A stretch of DNA of 64,000 nucleotides from an uncultured Candidatus Rokubacteria bacterium (GCA_963762145.1 CAVXJS010000019.1:160001-224000); one strand, 5' to 3'. Positions 9,153 to 20,229 are shown, counted from the first letter of the stretch. The notes: generated from the sequence alone by a model not told the origin. Numbers and translations are program-made.

Positions 9153-10409
9153 ATGATAGGAGCCTCGATGACGCGGCTGATCGTCCGGACGATCGTCGCC
9201 GTCAGCGGTCTCGCGCTCGTCGCGTGGCCGGCCATTGCTCAGCAACCCACCTCACCACCGGCTGAGCCTCCGAAGCAGGAGGAGGTGCCCTTCTGGGCCA
9301 TCGGCCGACCCAAGGACGGGCCGGGCGCGCAGATGGCGCCGGTGCCCGCGTTCCCGATCCCGACGCCGGCCGACAAGCTGCCGATCTCGAAGATGAAGGT
9401 CCCCGCCGGGTTCAAGGTCGAGCTGTTCGCGGCCGAGGTCTTCGACGCGCGCGGGCTCCGGCAGGGCGACAAGGGCACCGTCTTCGTCAGCTCGCTGTTC
9501 GGAGCGGGCAAGATCTACGCGCTCGTCGACAAGGGCGGGAAGCGCGAGGTCAAGGTGATCGCCGAGAAGCTGATGCTCCCGAACGGGATCGAGTTTCACA
9601 GGGGCTCGCTCTACGTGGCGACGCCGAAGGAGATCACCCGCTACGACGACATCGAGGCCAAGCTCGACAATCCGCCCGCGCCGGTGAAGATCTACGACCA
9701 GTTTCCGGGCGAGGTGCCGCACGGCTGGAAGTTCATCAAGATCGGCCCCGACGGCAAGCTCTACGCCCCGGTGGGCGCCCCCTGCAACATCTGCGAGCCC
9801 GACCCGGAGAAGTACGCGAACATCCGCCGCATGAACCTGGACGGCAGCGGCGTGGAGATCGTGGCGCGCGGCGTGCGCAACACGGTGGGGTTCGATTTCC
9901 ATCCGAAGACCGGGGAGCTCTGGTTCACCGACAATCAGCGCGACTGGCTCTCCGAGGATCTGCCGCAGGACGAGCTGAACCGCCTCGCCAAGTCCGGCCA
10001 GCACTTCGGGTATCCCTACTGCCACCAGGGCGACTTCGCCGACCCGCAGTTCGGGTGGGGGAAGGCGTGCGGCGATTTCGTGAAGCCCACCCTGCTGCTG
10101 GGGCCGCACTCGGCTCCGCTCGGCATGCGGTTCTACACCGGCAAGATGTTCCCGGCCAAGTACCACAACGCCATCTTCATCGCGCGCCACGGGCCCTGGA
10201 ACAAGACGAAGAAGTACGCGGCCGACGTGGTGGCGGTCTTCCTCAACCCCAACGGCACCGTGAAGTCCATGGAGCCGTTCCTCACCGGGCTCGTGGAGAA
10301 CAACACCTATCTCGGCCGTCCGGTGGACGTGCTGGTGATGAAGGACGGCTCGCTGCTCGTCTCCGACGACCACGCGGGGGCGGTCTACCGCATCAGCTAC
10401 GGCAAGTAG
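9153..10409 (+). CDS. Secreted PQQ-dependent sugar/sorbosone dehydrogenase family protein
   Basis: Signal peptide; GAPCNIC, GVRNTVGFDFHP, PHSAPLG, GRPVDV…DGSLLVSDD beta-propeller motifs. Confidence 0.88.
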   Translation: MIGASMTRLIVRTIVAVSGLALVAWPAIAQQPTSPPAEPPKQEEVPFWAIGRPKDGPGAQMAPVPAFPIPTPADKLPISKMKVPAGFKVELFAAEVFDARGLRQGDKGTVFVSSLFGAGKIYALVDKGGKREVKVIAEKLMLPNGIEFHRGSLYVATPKEITRYDDIEAKLDNPPAPVKIYDQFPGEVPHGWKFIKIGPDGKLYAPVGAPCNICEPDPEKYANIRRMNLDGSGVEIVARGVRNTVGFDFHPKTGELWFTDNQRDWLSEDLPQDELNRLAKSGQHFGYPYCHQGDFADPQFGWGKACGDFVKPTLLLGPHSAPLGMRFYTGKMFPAKYHNAIFIARHGPWNKTKKYAADVVAVFLNPNGTVKSMEPFLTGLVENNTYLGRPVDVLVMKDGSLLVSDDHAGAVYRISYGK

Positions 10410-11035
10410 TGACCGCCCGGCGCGGGTCGGGGACGAGGTGGCGATCGTTCCCGGCCCGCGCCCTCGTGCCCGGCCTGCTGGCGGCGCTGCTGCTGCCGGT
10501 GGGCTCGGCGCATGCGCAGTCGGTGGACGAGCGGTTCCAGGTCTGCCTGGCCTGCCACGGTGCCGACGGCCAGTCGCGCATTCCCGAGACGCCGTCCCTC
10601 GGCGGTCAGCCCGGCTTCTTCGTCATCGCCCAGCTCTTCCTCTTCCGGGAGGGCCGCCGCGACAACGCAGCCATGGTCGCTGCCGCGAAGGGCCTCACCA
10701 ACGACGACCTCCGGGCCTTCGCCGAGCGCATCACCCGGCTGCCGCCCCCACCGCCCCCGGAGGATCCCCCGGATCCGGCCCGCTTCGCCCGCGGCCGGAC
10801 GCTGACGCTCCGCCACCCCTGCGGGGTCTGCCACAACCCGGACTTCTCGGGGCGGGAGCAGATGCCCCGGCTCGCCAATCAGCGCGAGGAGTACCTGCTC
10901 AGGACCATGCGGGAGTACAAGAGCGGCACCCGGCTGGGCTACGGGGGGGCCATGGCGCAGGAGCTGGCCGGACTCAGCGACCAGGATCTCATCGACCTCG
11001 CCCACTTTCTCGCCCACCAGAAGCCAACTAACTGA
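10409..11035 (+). CDS. Di-heme cytochrome c (c4/c553-like)
   Basis: Signal peptide; CLACH and CGVCH; PSLGGQ and PRLANQ; start overlaps the upstream stop. Confidence 0.88.
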   Translation: MTARRGSGTRWRSFPARALVPGLLAALLLPVGSAHAQSVDERFQVCLACHGADGQSRIPETPSLGGQPGFFVIAQLFLFREGRRDNAAMVAAAKGLTNDDLRAFAERITRLPPPPPPEDPPDPARFARGRTLTLRHPCGVCHNPDFSGREQMPRLANQREEYLLRTMREYKSGTRLGYGGAMAQELAGLSDQDLIDLAHFLAHQKPTN

Positions 11036-11058
11036 TCAGCAAGACCAGGTCCGCGAGC

Positions 11059-13407
11059 CTATGGCCGTGCTGCAGCAGTGGCGGCGCGCAGCGCGTGCCA
11101 GACGCGCGCGGGGGACATCGGCATGTCCAGCTCTCGCACCCCGCGGCCGGCGAGGGCGTCGAGCACCGCATTCACGGCGGAGGGTAGCGCCCCGGCCACG
11201 CCCGACTCGCCGGCGCCCTTCACGCCCAGCGGATTGGTGGTGCAGGGCACCCCGTGGTGCCCGACCCGCAGGGCGGGGAGGTCGTCGGCGCGCGGCAGCA
11301 GGTAGTCCATGAACGAGGCGGTCAGCAGCTGGCCGTCCTCGTCGTACACGACGTGCTCGCCCAGGACCTGCCCCAGGCCCTGGGCGATGCCGCCGTGGAT
11401 CTGCCCCTCCACGATCGTCTCGTGCACCATCCGCCCCACGTCGTCCAGCGCCGCGTAGCCCACCACCGCGACCCGTCCCGTATCCGGATCCACCTCCACC
11501 TCGGTGACGTGGCAGCCGTTCGGGAAGCTCATCTGGGGGGAGACGAACTTGGCCGTGCTGTCCAGGCCGTCGACGAGCTCGGGCGGGGCGTTCGGCAAGG
11601 TCCGCGCCCGGACCGCCAGCTCGAGGAGGTCGATCGCGCGGTCCGTGCCCTTGACGCGGAAGCGCCCGTCCGCGAACTCGACGTCGGGGACGGCCGCCTC
11701 GAAGTGATGCGCCGCCGCGTGGCGCCCCTTGTCGATGGCGGCCTCGCAGGCCATCACGGCTGCGCTGCCCGCCATCATCATGGACCGGGAGGCCACGCTG
11801 GGCGTGCCCGCCGGCACCAGGTCGCTGTCGCCCTGCACGAGGCGCACCGCGGAGGCGTCGATGCCGAGCCGGGCCGCGACCAGGAAGGGGAACGTGGAGA
11901 GGTGGCCCTGGCCCATCGGCTGGGCGCCGGTGTGGAGCGCCACCGTGCCGTCGTCGGCGAAGCGCAGCTCCACGACCTCGTCGAGAATGCCGCCCGCGAC
12001 CTCCAGGAAGCAGGCCAGGCCGATGCCGCGCAGGCGGCCGGCCCGCTCCGAGGCCGCGCGCCGCTGCGGGAACCCCGGCCAGTCGGCCAGGACCAGCGCC
12101 CGGTCCATGATCGTCTCGAACTCCCCGCTGTCGTAGACGGGGCCGTTGGGCGTGCGATAGGGCATGGCGGCGGCCGGGATCAGGTTGCGCCGCCGCAGCT
12201 CGACGCGGTCCACGCCGGTGGCCCCGGCCGCCTGATCGATCAGGCGCTCGATCAGGTAGAGCGCCTCCGGGCGCCCGGCCCCGCGATAGGGCCCGAGCGG
12301 CGCCGCGTTGGTGAACGCCAGGGTGACGTCGATGGCGATCGCCGGGATGCGGTACACGCTCGACAGGCAGTTCTTGGTGTTGTTCGTCCCGAACACCGCC
12401 GCGAACGCGGTGACGTACGCGCCGATGCCGACCCGCGTGCGAACGCGCAGGGCCAGGAAGCGGCCGCGCGCGTCGAGCGCCAGCTCTCCCTCGAGCATGC
12501 CGTCGCGGCCGTGCGTGTCGGCCAGGAAGCTCTCGACGCGGGTCGCGCGCCACTTGACGGGCCGGCCCACCCTCCGCGCGGCGAAGAGCAGGGCCGCGTA
12601 CTCCGGGTAAGCCTGCACCTTCATGCCGAAGCCGCCGCCCACGTCGGGCGTGATCACGCGGAGCTGCGAGGGCGGGATCTTGAACACGCCCTCGGCCAGG
12701 AGCCGGCGCACCACCGCGACGCCCTGGGTGGAGGCGGTGAGGGTGAAGCGCTGGGTGGCCTCGTCCCACTGGCCGATCGCCGCGCGCGGCTCGAGCGCGG
12801 AGGGCGCCAGCCGCGTGTCGTGCAGGCGCACCCGCGCCACGTGCGCGGCCCCGCGCATCGCCACGTCCACCGCGGCCGCGTCGCCGTCGGTCCAGTCGAA
12901 GGCCACGTTGTCCGGCGCCTCGGGCCAGATCGGGTGCGCGCCGGCGGCCAGGGCGCGGTCCACGTCGGCGGCCGCGGGCAGCGGGTCGAGCTCGACCCGC
13001 ACGAGGGCCGCGGCGTCGGCGGCCTGGGCGGCCGTCTCGGCGACCACGATGGCGACCGACTCGCCCACGTAGCGCACGCGGTCCACCGCGAGCGGGGGGA
13101 TCGGAGCCGCCGCGAGGGGTTTGCCGCCGCGGCCGGGGAAGGCGGCGGCGGGTGGGATCGCGCCCAGCCCCGCCGCGGCGGCGTCACGCCCGGTCAGGAC
13201 CGCGAGCACGCCCGGCGCGGCGAGCGCCCGGCGTGTGTCCACGGCGCGAATGAGGCCGTGAGCCACGGTGGAGCGGGCGAACGCGGCGTGGACCTGGCCG
13301 GGCAGGTCCACGTCGTCGGTGAAGCGGCCGCGGCCGGTGAGGAGCGGACCGTCCTCGCTGCGCCGCCCGCCGGCCGCGGAGCCGAAGCGCAGCGAGGACT
13401 CGGTCAA
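11059..13407 (-). CDS. Xanthine dehydrogenase/CoxL-like molybdopterin-binding large subunit
   Basis: LLTGRGRFTDD, DVGGGFG, PYRGAGRPE, GQIHGGIAQG, NPLGVKGAGE; TTG start overlaps the aldolase stop. Confidence 0.9.
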   Translation of the reverse strand: MTESSLRFGSAAGGRRSEDGPLLTGRGRFTDDVDLPGQVHAAFARSTVAHGLIRAVDTRRALAAPGVLAVLTGRDAAAAGLGAIPPAAAFPGRGGKPLAAAPIPPLAVDRVRYVGESVAIVVAETAAQAADAAALVRVELDPLPAAADVDRALAAGAHPIWPEAPDNVAFDWTDGDAAAVDVAMRGAAHVARVRLHDTRLAPSALEPRAAIGQWDEATQRFTLTASTQGVAVVRRLLAEGVFKIPPSQLRVITPDVGGGFGMKVQAYPEYAALLFAARRVGRPVKWRATRVESFLADTHGRDGMLEGELALDARGRFLALRVRTRVGIGAYVTAFAAVFGTNNTKNCLSSVYRIPAIAIDVTLAFTNAAPLGPYRGAGRPEALYLIERLIDQAAGATGVDRVELRRRNLIPAAAMPYRTPNGPVYDSGEFETIMDRALVLADWPGFPQRRAASERAGRLRGIGLACFLEVAGGILDEVVELRFADDGTVALHTGAQPMGQGHLSTFPFLVAARLGIDASAVRLVQGDSDLVPAGTPSVASRSMMMAGSAAVMACEAAIDKGRHAAAHHFEAAVPDVEFADGRFRVKGTDRAIDLLELAVRARTLPNAPPELVDGLDSTAKFVSPQMSFPNGCHVTEVEVDPDTGRVAVVGYAALDDVGRMVHETIVEGQIHGGIAQGLGQVLGEHVVYDEDGQLLTASFMDYLLPRADDLPALRVGHHGVPCTTNPLGVKGAGESGVAGALPSAVNAVLDALAGRGVRELDMPMSPARVWHALRAATAAARP

Positions 13408-14183
13408 TTCCGGAACGAGGAGTCGGTTCGGTCCAGCCGGCGCAGGAGGCCCGGCCACACGAGCTTGCCCTGGCCGCCGTTGCGGCGCTGGTTGGCCACC
13501 GCGTTGGCGTAGCCCTTGTCCATGACTTCCTTGGGGACCGAGATCAGCTCGCCGCCGCCGGACTGGGCGCGCACCTGGATCTGGCAGGAGGCCTCGAGGT
13601 AGTACATGTTCACGAAGGCGTCGGCCACCGTCTCGCCCACCGTCAGCAGCCCGTGGTTGCGGAGGATCAGGCAGCGGTTGTCGCCCAGGTCCGCCACCAG
13701 GCGCGGCTTCTCGTCCTCGTCGAGCGCGGGCCCCTCGAAGTCGTGGTAGCCCACGCTGTTGAGCACGAACAGCGAGTGCTGCGAGATCGGCAGGAGGCCG
13801 GCCCGCTGGGTGGCGACCGCGACCCCGTTCGCGGTGTGGGTGTGGAGCACGCACTTGGCGTCGTGGCGGGCGCCGTGGATCGCGCTGTGGATGATGAAGC
13901 CGGCCGCGTTCACGTTGAACGGCGAGTCCTGCACCTTGTTGCCGGCCTGGTCGATCTTCACCAGGCTCGACGCGGTGATCTCATCGAAGAAGAGGCCGTA
14001 GGGGTTGATCAGGAACTGGTCCTCGGTGCCGGGGACGCGGGCCGAGATGTGAGTGAAGACGAGGTCCTCCCAGCCGTAGCGCGACACCAGGCGGTAGGCG
14101 GCGGCCAGGTCCACCCGGACGGCCCACTCCTCCTCCGATACCTTTCCCTTGAGCGACGGAATCTCGAGCGTGGTGGCGGTCAT
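13404..14183 (-). CDS. Class II aldolase/adducin family protein
   Basis: THISARVPG, AGFIIHSAIH, VLHTHT, LRNHG. Confidence 0.9.
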   Translation of the reverse strand: MTATTLEIPSLKGKVSEEEWAVRVDLAAAYRLVSRYGWEDLVFTHISARVPGTEDQFLINPYGLFFDEITASSLVKIDQAGNKVQDSPFNVNAAGFIIHSAIHGARHDAKCVLHTHTANGVAVATQRAGLLPISQHSLFVLNSVGYHDFEGPALDEDEKPRLVADLGDNRCLILRNHGLLTVGETVADAFVNMYYLEASCQIQVRAQSGGGELISVPKEVMDKGYANAVANQRRNGGQGKLVWPGLLRRLDRTDSSFRN

Positions 14184-14196
14184 GGGGTCCTTTCGC

Positions 14197-15345
14197 TCAG
14201 CGAAGGTTGTAGAGCTTGACGACGTTGTCGTAGGTGATCTTCTTCTGGACGCGCTCGGGCAGGTTGCCGAGGTTCTTCTCGAGGTGCCGGCGCGAGTCGG
14301 GCCACACGCAGTCCGGGTGCGGGTAGTCCGCGCCCCAGATGATGTTGTCCTCGCCGATCAGCGGGATGATGGGCTCGAGGAACTGGTCCTGCTGGTAGGT
14401 CACGTAGCCTTGCCGCCGGAAGTAGTCACTCGGCTTCATCGAGAAGCCGAGGCCGCGGGCCCGGTCCTCGTACTCGGTGTCGAAGCGATCGAACACGTAG
14501 GGGAGCCAGGTCACCCCGGACTCGCCCAGCACGAACTTGAAGTCGGGATACTTCTCGCACGCCCCGGAGGTGATGATCGAGACCAGCACCTCCATCGTGT
14601 CGAGCTGGAAGAGCGAGGAGCGCACCAGGCGCCACTGCAGCATGTACTGCTGCTCCATCGCGGGGGAGTCGGGCGCGCGCAGGGCCTTGAAGCCGGTCGA
14701 GTGGAACGCAATCGGGAAGTGGCACTCGGCCGCGGCCTCCCACAGTGGATACCACTCGTGCTGGTAGAGCGGGATGCTCATGCTCTTGAAGCCGAGGTCG
14801 CCGCCCTTGAGGCCCATCTTGGCGCAGCGCCGCACCTCGGCCGCGGCCACCTGCGGATCGTTGCTGGGCACGATGGCGAGGGGAAAGATCCGGTTGGGGT
14901 CCGACTTCTTGGCGAAGTCGGCGGCCCAGTCGTTGTAAATCGCGTTGGCCCAGGCCCGACGCTCCCCGCTCGCGATCATGTCGTTGATCATGAGGCAGCC
15001 GTACACCACCTCGGCGTCGAGACCGTCGCGGTCCAGGTCGGCCAGCCGCAGCTCGGGCGTGGTGGGCCGGGGCCGGGCGCCCGCGCGATGGTCCCACTCG
15101 AAGCCGCACGAGGCCATCTCGTCGATGCGGGCGAAGGCGCCGGGGGTGCGCTTGAGGAAGCCGGGGCCCACCCCGTTCCACATCCCCTTGTCCTGCGCCT
15201 CCACGAACCAGTGGCAGCCGTCCTCCAGCTCCTCCACGCGGGGCACCAGGAGCTTCCACTTCGAGGGCGCCTGGCTGGACCAGAGGTCGGGTGGGCAGTA
15301 GGTGAGGTCGATGTGGTTGTCGCCGGAGATGAGCCGCTCTAGCAT
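14197..15345 (-). CDS. Amidohydrolase_2 family protein
   Basis: SGDNHI, YNDW, ESGVTW, WGADYPH. Confidence 0.88.
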   Translation of the reverse strand: MLERLISGDNHIDLTYCPPDLWSSQAPSKWKLLVPRVEELEDGCHWFVEAQDKGMWNGVGPGFLKRTPGAFARIDEMASCGFEWDHRAGARPRPTTPELRLADLDRDGLDAEVVYGCLMINDMIASGERRAWANAIYNDWAADFAKKSDPNRIFPLAIVPSNDPQVAAAEVRRCAKMGLKGGDLGFKSMSIPLYQHEWYPLWEAAAECHFPIAFHSTGFKALRAPDSPAMEQQYMLQWRLVRSSLFQLDTMEVLVSIITSGACEKYPDFKFVLGESGVTWLPYVFDRFDTEYEDRARGLGFSMKPSDYFRRQGYVTYQQDQFLEPIIPLIGEDNIIWGADYPHPDCVWPDSRRHLEKNLGNLPERVQKKITYDNVVKLYNLR

Positions 15346-15420
15346 GACGCCCTCCTTGGCCGGGTGGGGAGCAACCTGTCGCGGTGATCGTACTCCCGAA
15401 GCATCCGCCAGGACAAGAGA

Positions 15421-16128
15421 CTACTGGCGGGCCGCGCCGCCCCTCCGGGACAGCAGGTCGAAGTAGGTCCTGTCGCGCCGCCTGGCCACCAGGTCGAGCG
15501 GGGTTTTGCCGTCCTTGCTCCGGAGGGTCGGGTCCGCCCCGTGGCGCAGGAGCATCTCGATGTGCCGGCGGTCGCTGTTCTTCTTGAGCACCATGTGCAG
15601 CGCGGTCACGCCCTTGCTGTTCTGGAAGTTGACGTCGGCGCCGTGGCGGAGCAGCCGCTCGGCGGCCGAGAAGCGGCTCCACTTGATCGCGCCCAGGAAT
15701 GGGGTCTCGTCCTCGACGACCGGGTCCAGCGACGCGCCGCTCTTCACCAGCAGGTCGATGGCCTCCAGATTGTCCGCGAAGGCGGCCGCCCACAGCGAGT
15801 TCTCCGGGGTCGAGCCGTGCTTCAGGAGAAACCGGGCGAGCGGCAGGTTGCTGCCCCGCGAGATCGCGTACCAGAGCGGGGTCGCCTGGAACGCGCCCTC
15901 CGCGAAGGCGGGCGCGTTGACGTCGAGGCCGGCGTCGAGGAGCCGCCTCGCCAGGGCGAGCGCGCGGGCGCTCGTTCGGGGATCGGCGGGGAGGCTGCAG
16001 AGGAAGTGGAGCAAATTGCGGCGGCGGTCGTCGACGGCGCGGATGAGCTCGGGCTGTGCGTGGAGCAACCCGGCGACCGCGTCCGCGTCGAGGGCCTTGA
16101 TGGCCTGGAAGAGTCGCGTCTTGCTCAT
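15421..16128 (-). CDS. Ankyrin repeat protein
   Basis: TPLWYA, GADVN…GVTALH and GADP…GKTPLD repeats. Confidence 0.85.
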   Translation of the reverse strand: MSKTRLFQAIKALDADAVAGLLHAQPELIRAVDDRRRNLLHFLCSLPADPRTSARALALARRLLDAGLDVNAPAFAEGAFQATPLWYAISRGSNLPLARFLLKHGSTPENSLWAAAFADNLEAIDLLVKSGASLDPVVEDETPFLGAIKWSRFSAAERLLRHGADVNFQNSKGVTALHMVLKKNSDRRHIEMLLRHGADPTLRSKDGKTPLDLVARRRDRTYFDLLSRRGGAARQ

Positions 16129-16150
16129 GGTGGGCGGGCTCCCTTGGAGG

Positions 16151-18874
16151 TCAGCCGGTGTTGCGCAGGCCGGCCGCGATGCCGTTGATGGTCACCACGA
16201 TGATCTCGCGGTGCTGCGCGGCCTCGTCGCCATCCTGGTCCGTCAGCGCGCGCAGCCGGCGAAGCATCTCCACCTGGAGGTAGTTCAGCGGGATCCACGT
16301 ACGGGTTCCGCAGGTGCACCGAGCGCTGGATCACCGGGTCGCCGTCCATCAGCTCGGCGTGGCCGGTGGCGCGCAGGATGGACTCCCGCGTGCGCACGAA
16401 CTCGCTGCCGATGCGCGTGAACACCGCGGTGGCCAGCGCCCGGCTCGGCACCAGCTCCGAGTAGAGCGCGGCGATGCCCATGTCGGCCTTGAGCAGGGAC
16501 ATCTCCGCATTGTCCAGGATGGCCCGGAAGAATGGCCAGCCCGCGTACATCTCCCGCAGCCGGCCCGCGTCCGCGCGGGCCAGCGCGGTGCCGAGGCCGT
16601 ACCAGCCGGGCAGGTTGAAGCGGCTCTGCATCCAGGAGAAGACCCACGGGATCGCGCGGACCGCGCTCCGCGTGAGGCCGCCGCGCGCGGCGCACCGCCG
16701 GCCGCGAGCCCAGGCGCAGCCGCGAGAGCTCCTCGATCGGGGTGGCCGCGCGCCAGTACTCGAGGAAGCCGGGCGTGCGCTCGACGAGATCGTGATAGGT
16801 CTCGCGCGCGGCGCCGGCCATGAGATCCAGGGCCTCGCGCCAGGCGGGCGGCGAGCGCCACCGCCGCTTCCGCGTCGTCCGCGGAGGCCAGGAGCACCGC
16901 GCTCACGATCTGCTCGACGTGGCGGTGGGCGAGCGCGGGATCGGCGTAGCGCGAGGCGATGGTCTCGCCCTGCTCGGTCACGCGGAAGCGGCCCTCGCAC
17001 GGTGCCCGGCGGCTGCGCGCGGATCGCGCGCCCGGCGGGGCCGCCGCCGCGCGCCACCGTGCCGCCGCGACCGTGGAAGAGGGTGAGCCCGACGCCGTGC
17101 TCGCGGCAGACGCGCGCGATCGATTCCTGGGCCCGGTAGAGCGCCCAGTTGGCGGCCAGGTAGCCCCCGTCCTTGTTGCGAGTCGGAGTAGCCGATCATC
17201 ACCATCTGCTCGCCGCCGCAGGAGTCCAGGTGCGCGCGGTAGACCGGCAGCGCGAAGAGCGCCTCGAGGGTGCGCGGCGCCGCGTCGAGATCGTCGAGCG
17301 TCTCGAAGAGCGGCACGATCTGCATGCCGGCCGCGCCGCCGGCCCAGCGGGCCAGCAGCAGCACCGTGAGCAGGTCCGCCGGCCCGCGGGTCATCGAGAC
17401 GATGAAGGGGCCGAGCGACTCCCGCCCGTAGATGGCCTGGGCGCGGCCGAGCAGGCGGAAGAGGCGCCAGGTCTCGGCCGGCAGCTCGTCGAGCGCGAGC
17501 GCCGAGATCTCCGAGGCCTTGGGCGCCTCCTCGGCCAGCAGACGCAGGAGCACCGCGGTCGCGGGCCGGCGTCGTCGCGCTCGGCGAAGCCGGTCTCGAG
17601 ACCCAGGCGGGCCAGGATGCTCGCCGAGCGCGGCGGCGAGCCGCCCCGAGTCTTCCCGGATGTCGAGACGAGCCGCGTGCAGGCCGAAGGCCTCGAGCTG
17701 ATGCTCGAGCGCCCGCACCCGGTCGCCGGCCAGCGCGGGCGGGACGCCCTGGGCGACCAGGTCCACGACCTTCCGGACCTCGGCGACGGTGGCGCGCGGC
17801 GGGTGCGGCGCCTCGTCGAGGAGGCGCGCGGTCATGTCCTCGCGCGAGGCCGCCTCCAGGTCGGCGGCGAGCAGGGACAGCGCGAGGCGATAGGGCTCGC
17901 CCGCGTAGCGCTGCTCGAGATAGGCCACGTGCGCGGGCAGGGGCCGGCGCGCGTCGAGCCAGGCGGTCAGGGCCTCGGGCGGCGGGCAGCGCCGGCCGCT
18001 CACGCTCAGCCGCCGGGCGAGGTCCTGCAGCGGAGCGCCGGTGCCGCTCCACCGCGAGCCCGCGATGCAGTCGCAGGGTCTCCGCGGTCAACTCGGTCAC
18101 CACCGAGGGATTGCCGTCGCGATCGCCGCCGATCCACGAGGCCACCGTGAGCCATGCGGGCGGCGGGAGCAGGCCGGGGTAGTGGCGCGCGACCGCCGCC
18201 TCGAGATCGGCGGCGATGCGGGGCACGAGATCCCAGAAGACCTCGTCGACGAAGTAGAGGCCGGTGCGCACCTCGTCGGTGACCGCGGGCCGCGTGGTCC
18301 GCGCGCGGTCGGTCAGCCAGAGCGCGGTGATCTCGGCCTGGAGCCCGGCCAGGAGCTCGGTCCGCTCCCGGGGCAGCAGGTCCAGATCCTGAAGGCGGCG
18401 CAGCCCGTCGCTGATCCGCTGGAGCTTCGAGAGCACGGTCCGGCGCTTGGCCTCGGTCGGGTGCGCGGTCAGCACCAGCTCGATGCGCAGCTCGCGCAGC
18501 AGCGTCGCCATCCGCTCGACGCCGACGCCACGGGCCTGCAGGCGCGCGACCGCCTCGCCGATGGATTCGCCGATCGGCGCCGGGTGCTGCGCGCGCTCGC
18601 GAGCCCGCAGGGCCTGGATGCGGTGCACCTCCTCGGCCAGGTTGATCAGGTCGAAGTAGACTGCGAAGGCGGACGCGGTCGCGCGCGCGGCGTCCGCCGG
18701 GAGATCGGCCACCGCCAGGGGCAGGCGGACCGCCGCGTCCATCTCGCCGGCGCGCCGCGCCTTGGCGAGCGCGCGGATGCGCTCCTCGGTCTCGAAGAGC
18801 GCGACGGACTCCTGGGCGCGGAGGATCTCGCCGAGGGCTTCGCCCAGCAGGTGGATGGTGGCCGAGAGGTCCAC
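16151..18874 (-). CDS. ppc: Phosphoenolpyruvate carboxylase (several frameshifts, probably sequencing errors)
   Basis: VLTAHPTE, SWIGGDRDGNP, PLFET, QMVMIGYSDS, FHGRGG, TEQGE, RAIPW and C-terminal INGIAAGLRNTG, spread over several frames. Confidence 0.92.
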
Positions 18875-18921
18875 TGCGGAGCCCTCCCCGTGGCTCGTGT
18901 GGGCTCGCCGCTACGGCCGAG

Positions 18922-20175
18922 TCAAGCGGGCCCGGCGAGCGGGCTCTTGTGGAGCGCGCCGTCCTTCATGATCATCCGGATCGCGGCGCGGTCCTGCAGG
19001 ATCGCGATGTCGGCGAGCGGATCGCCGTCCACCAGCAGGAGATCGGCGAGGGCGCCCGGCTTGACGACTCCCAGCTCGCCGGGAAAACCCATGATCTCGC
19101 CGCCCAGCCTGGTGGCGGCCACCAGCGTCTCCATCGGGGAGTAGCCGAGGACCTTGACGAAGAGCCAGAGATCGCGCGCGTAGGTGCCGTGAGGCGTGTA
19201 CACGAAGCCGTAGTCGCCGCCCGGCAGCACGCGGATGCCGCGCGTGCGCATGCGGGCGATGGTCTCCACGGTGGCGGCCAGCTCGCGCTCGAAGCCCTCC
19301 GCGCGCTCCGGAGTCACGCCCCACTGGCCGTGGGCCTGGGTGAGGTTGTAGGTGATGCCGAGCGCGGGCGCCACGAAGACGCGCTCGCGGGCACCCTCGA
19401 GCGCGTCGAGCGCGGCCTCGTCGCAGTAGTTGGCGTGGTAGATGATCTCGATGCCGTGCTCGACGGCCATGCGCACCGAGTCGCCGCTCCGGCAATGGGC
19501 GCACACGCGGAGCCCGCCCGCCCGCGCCACCTCCATGGCCGCCGCGACCTCGGCTGGGGCCATGGGCGTCAGCTCGGACGACCACGCCGACGTGCCGAGA
19601 TCACCCGAGAGATTCAGCTTGAGCAGGTCCACGCCTTCGCGGGCGAGCAGCCGGCAGACCCGGCGGATCGCGTCGGGGCCGTCGGCCACCCAGCAGAAGG
19701 TCGGTGTCTCGTGGTGCGGCAGGTGGAGCAGGTTGGTGTCGCCCAGGCCGCCGGTCACGGTGATCTCGGGCCCGTTGGCGAGCAGGCGCGGGCCGGGGAA
19801 GCGGCCCGCCTCGATCTCGCGCTTGACCACCACGTCGAGGCGCGGCTTGGCCGCCGCGGCGGAGAGCGCGCTCGTGTAGCCGGCGTCCAGCATGGTGCGC
19901 GCGTTGCGAAGGGTGGCGAGCAGGTGCTCCTCCGGCGGCAGGCGCGTCATCTCGTACGACGTGATGTCGGCGAAGCTGAGGTGCGCGTGCGGCTCGATCA
20001 GGCCGGGCATCAGCGTGGCCCCGCGGCCGTCGAGGACGCGCTCGCCGGGGCGCGGCGTCGCCGGCTCCTTCGTGACGTCGGCGATCTGGTTGCCGTCCAC
20101 GCGTACCGCGCCCGGGAACGGCTCGCGGCCGGAGCCGTCCAGGATGCGTACGTTCGTGATCAGGAGGCTGGTCAT
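18922..20175 (-). CDS. Metal-dependent amidohydrolase (Xaa-Pro dipeptidase-like)
   Basis: MPGLIEPHAH, CAHCR, GGDYG, GALADLLLVDGDPL. Confidence 0.88.
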   Translation of the reverse strand: MTSLLITNVRILDGSGREPFPGAVRVDGNQIADVTKEPATPRPGERVLDGRGATLMPGLIEPHAHLSFADITSYEMTRLPPEEHLLATLRNARTMLDAGYTSALSAAAAKPRLDVVVKREIEAGRFPGPRLLANGPEITVTGGLGDTNLLHLPHHETPTFCWVADGPDAIRRVCRLLAREGVDLLKLNLSGDLGTSAWSSELTPMAPAEVAAAMEVARAGGLRVCAHCRSGDSVRMAVEHGIEIIYHANYCDEAALDALEGARERVFVAPALGITYNLTQAHGQWGVTPERAEGFERELAATVETIARMRTRGIRVLPGGDYGFVYTPHGTYARDLWLFVKVLGYSPMETLVAATRLGGEIMGFPGELGVVKPGALADLLLVDGDPLADIAILQDRAAIRMIMKDGALHKSPLAGPA

Positions 20176-20213
20176 GTGAGTCGGAGTCTAGCATCGCGGG
20201 GCGCGGGCGGCGA

Positions 20214-20229
20214 TGGCATCCCTCTTGCG
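20214..20229 (+). promoter_or_regulatory. sigma54 -24/-12 promoter motif
   Basis: TGGCAT-CCCTC-TTGCG, 30 nt upstream of the small ORF at 20259. Confidence 0.7.

Noticed and set aside
11059-13407. Aerobic CO dehydrogenase (true coxL)
   Set aside because: The loop is PYRGAGR, not the form I AYxCSFR, and no coxM/S or accessory genes are adjacent.
16151-18874. ppc as a pseudogene or programmed-frameshift gene
   Set aside because: Catalytic motifs are retained and the indels are numerous and irregular; sequencing error is simpler.
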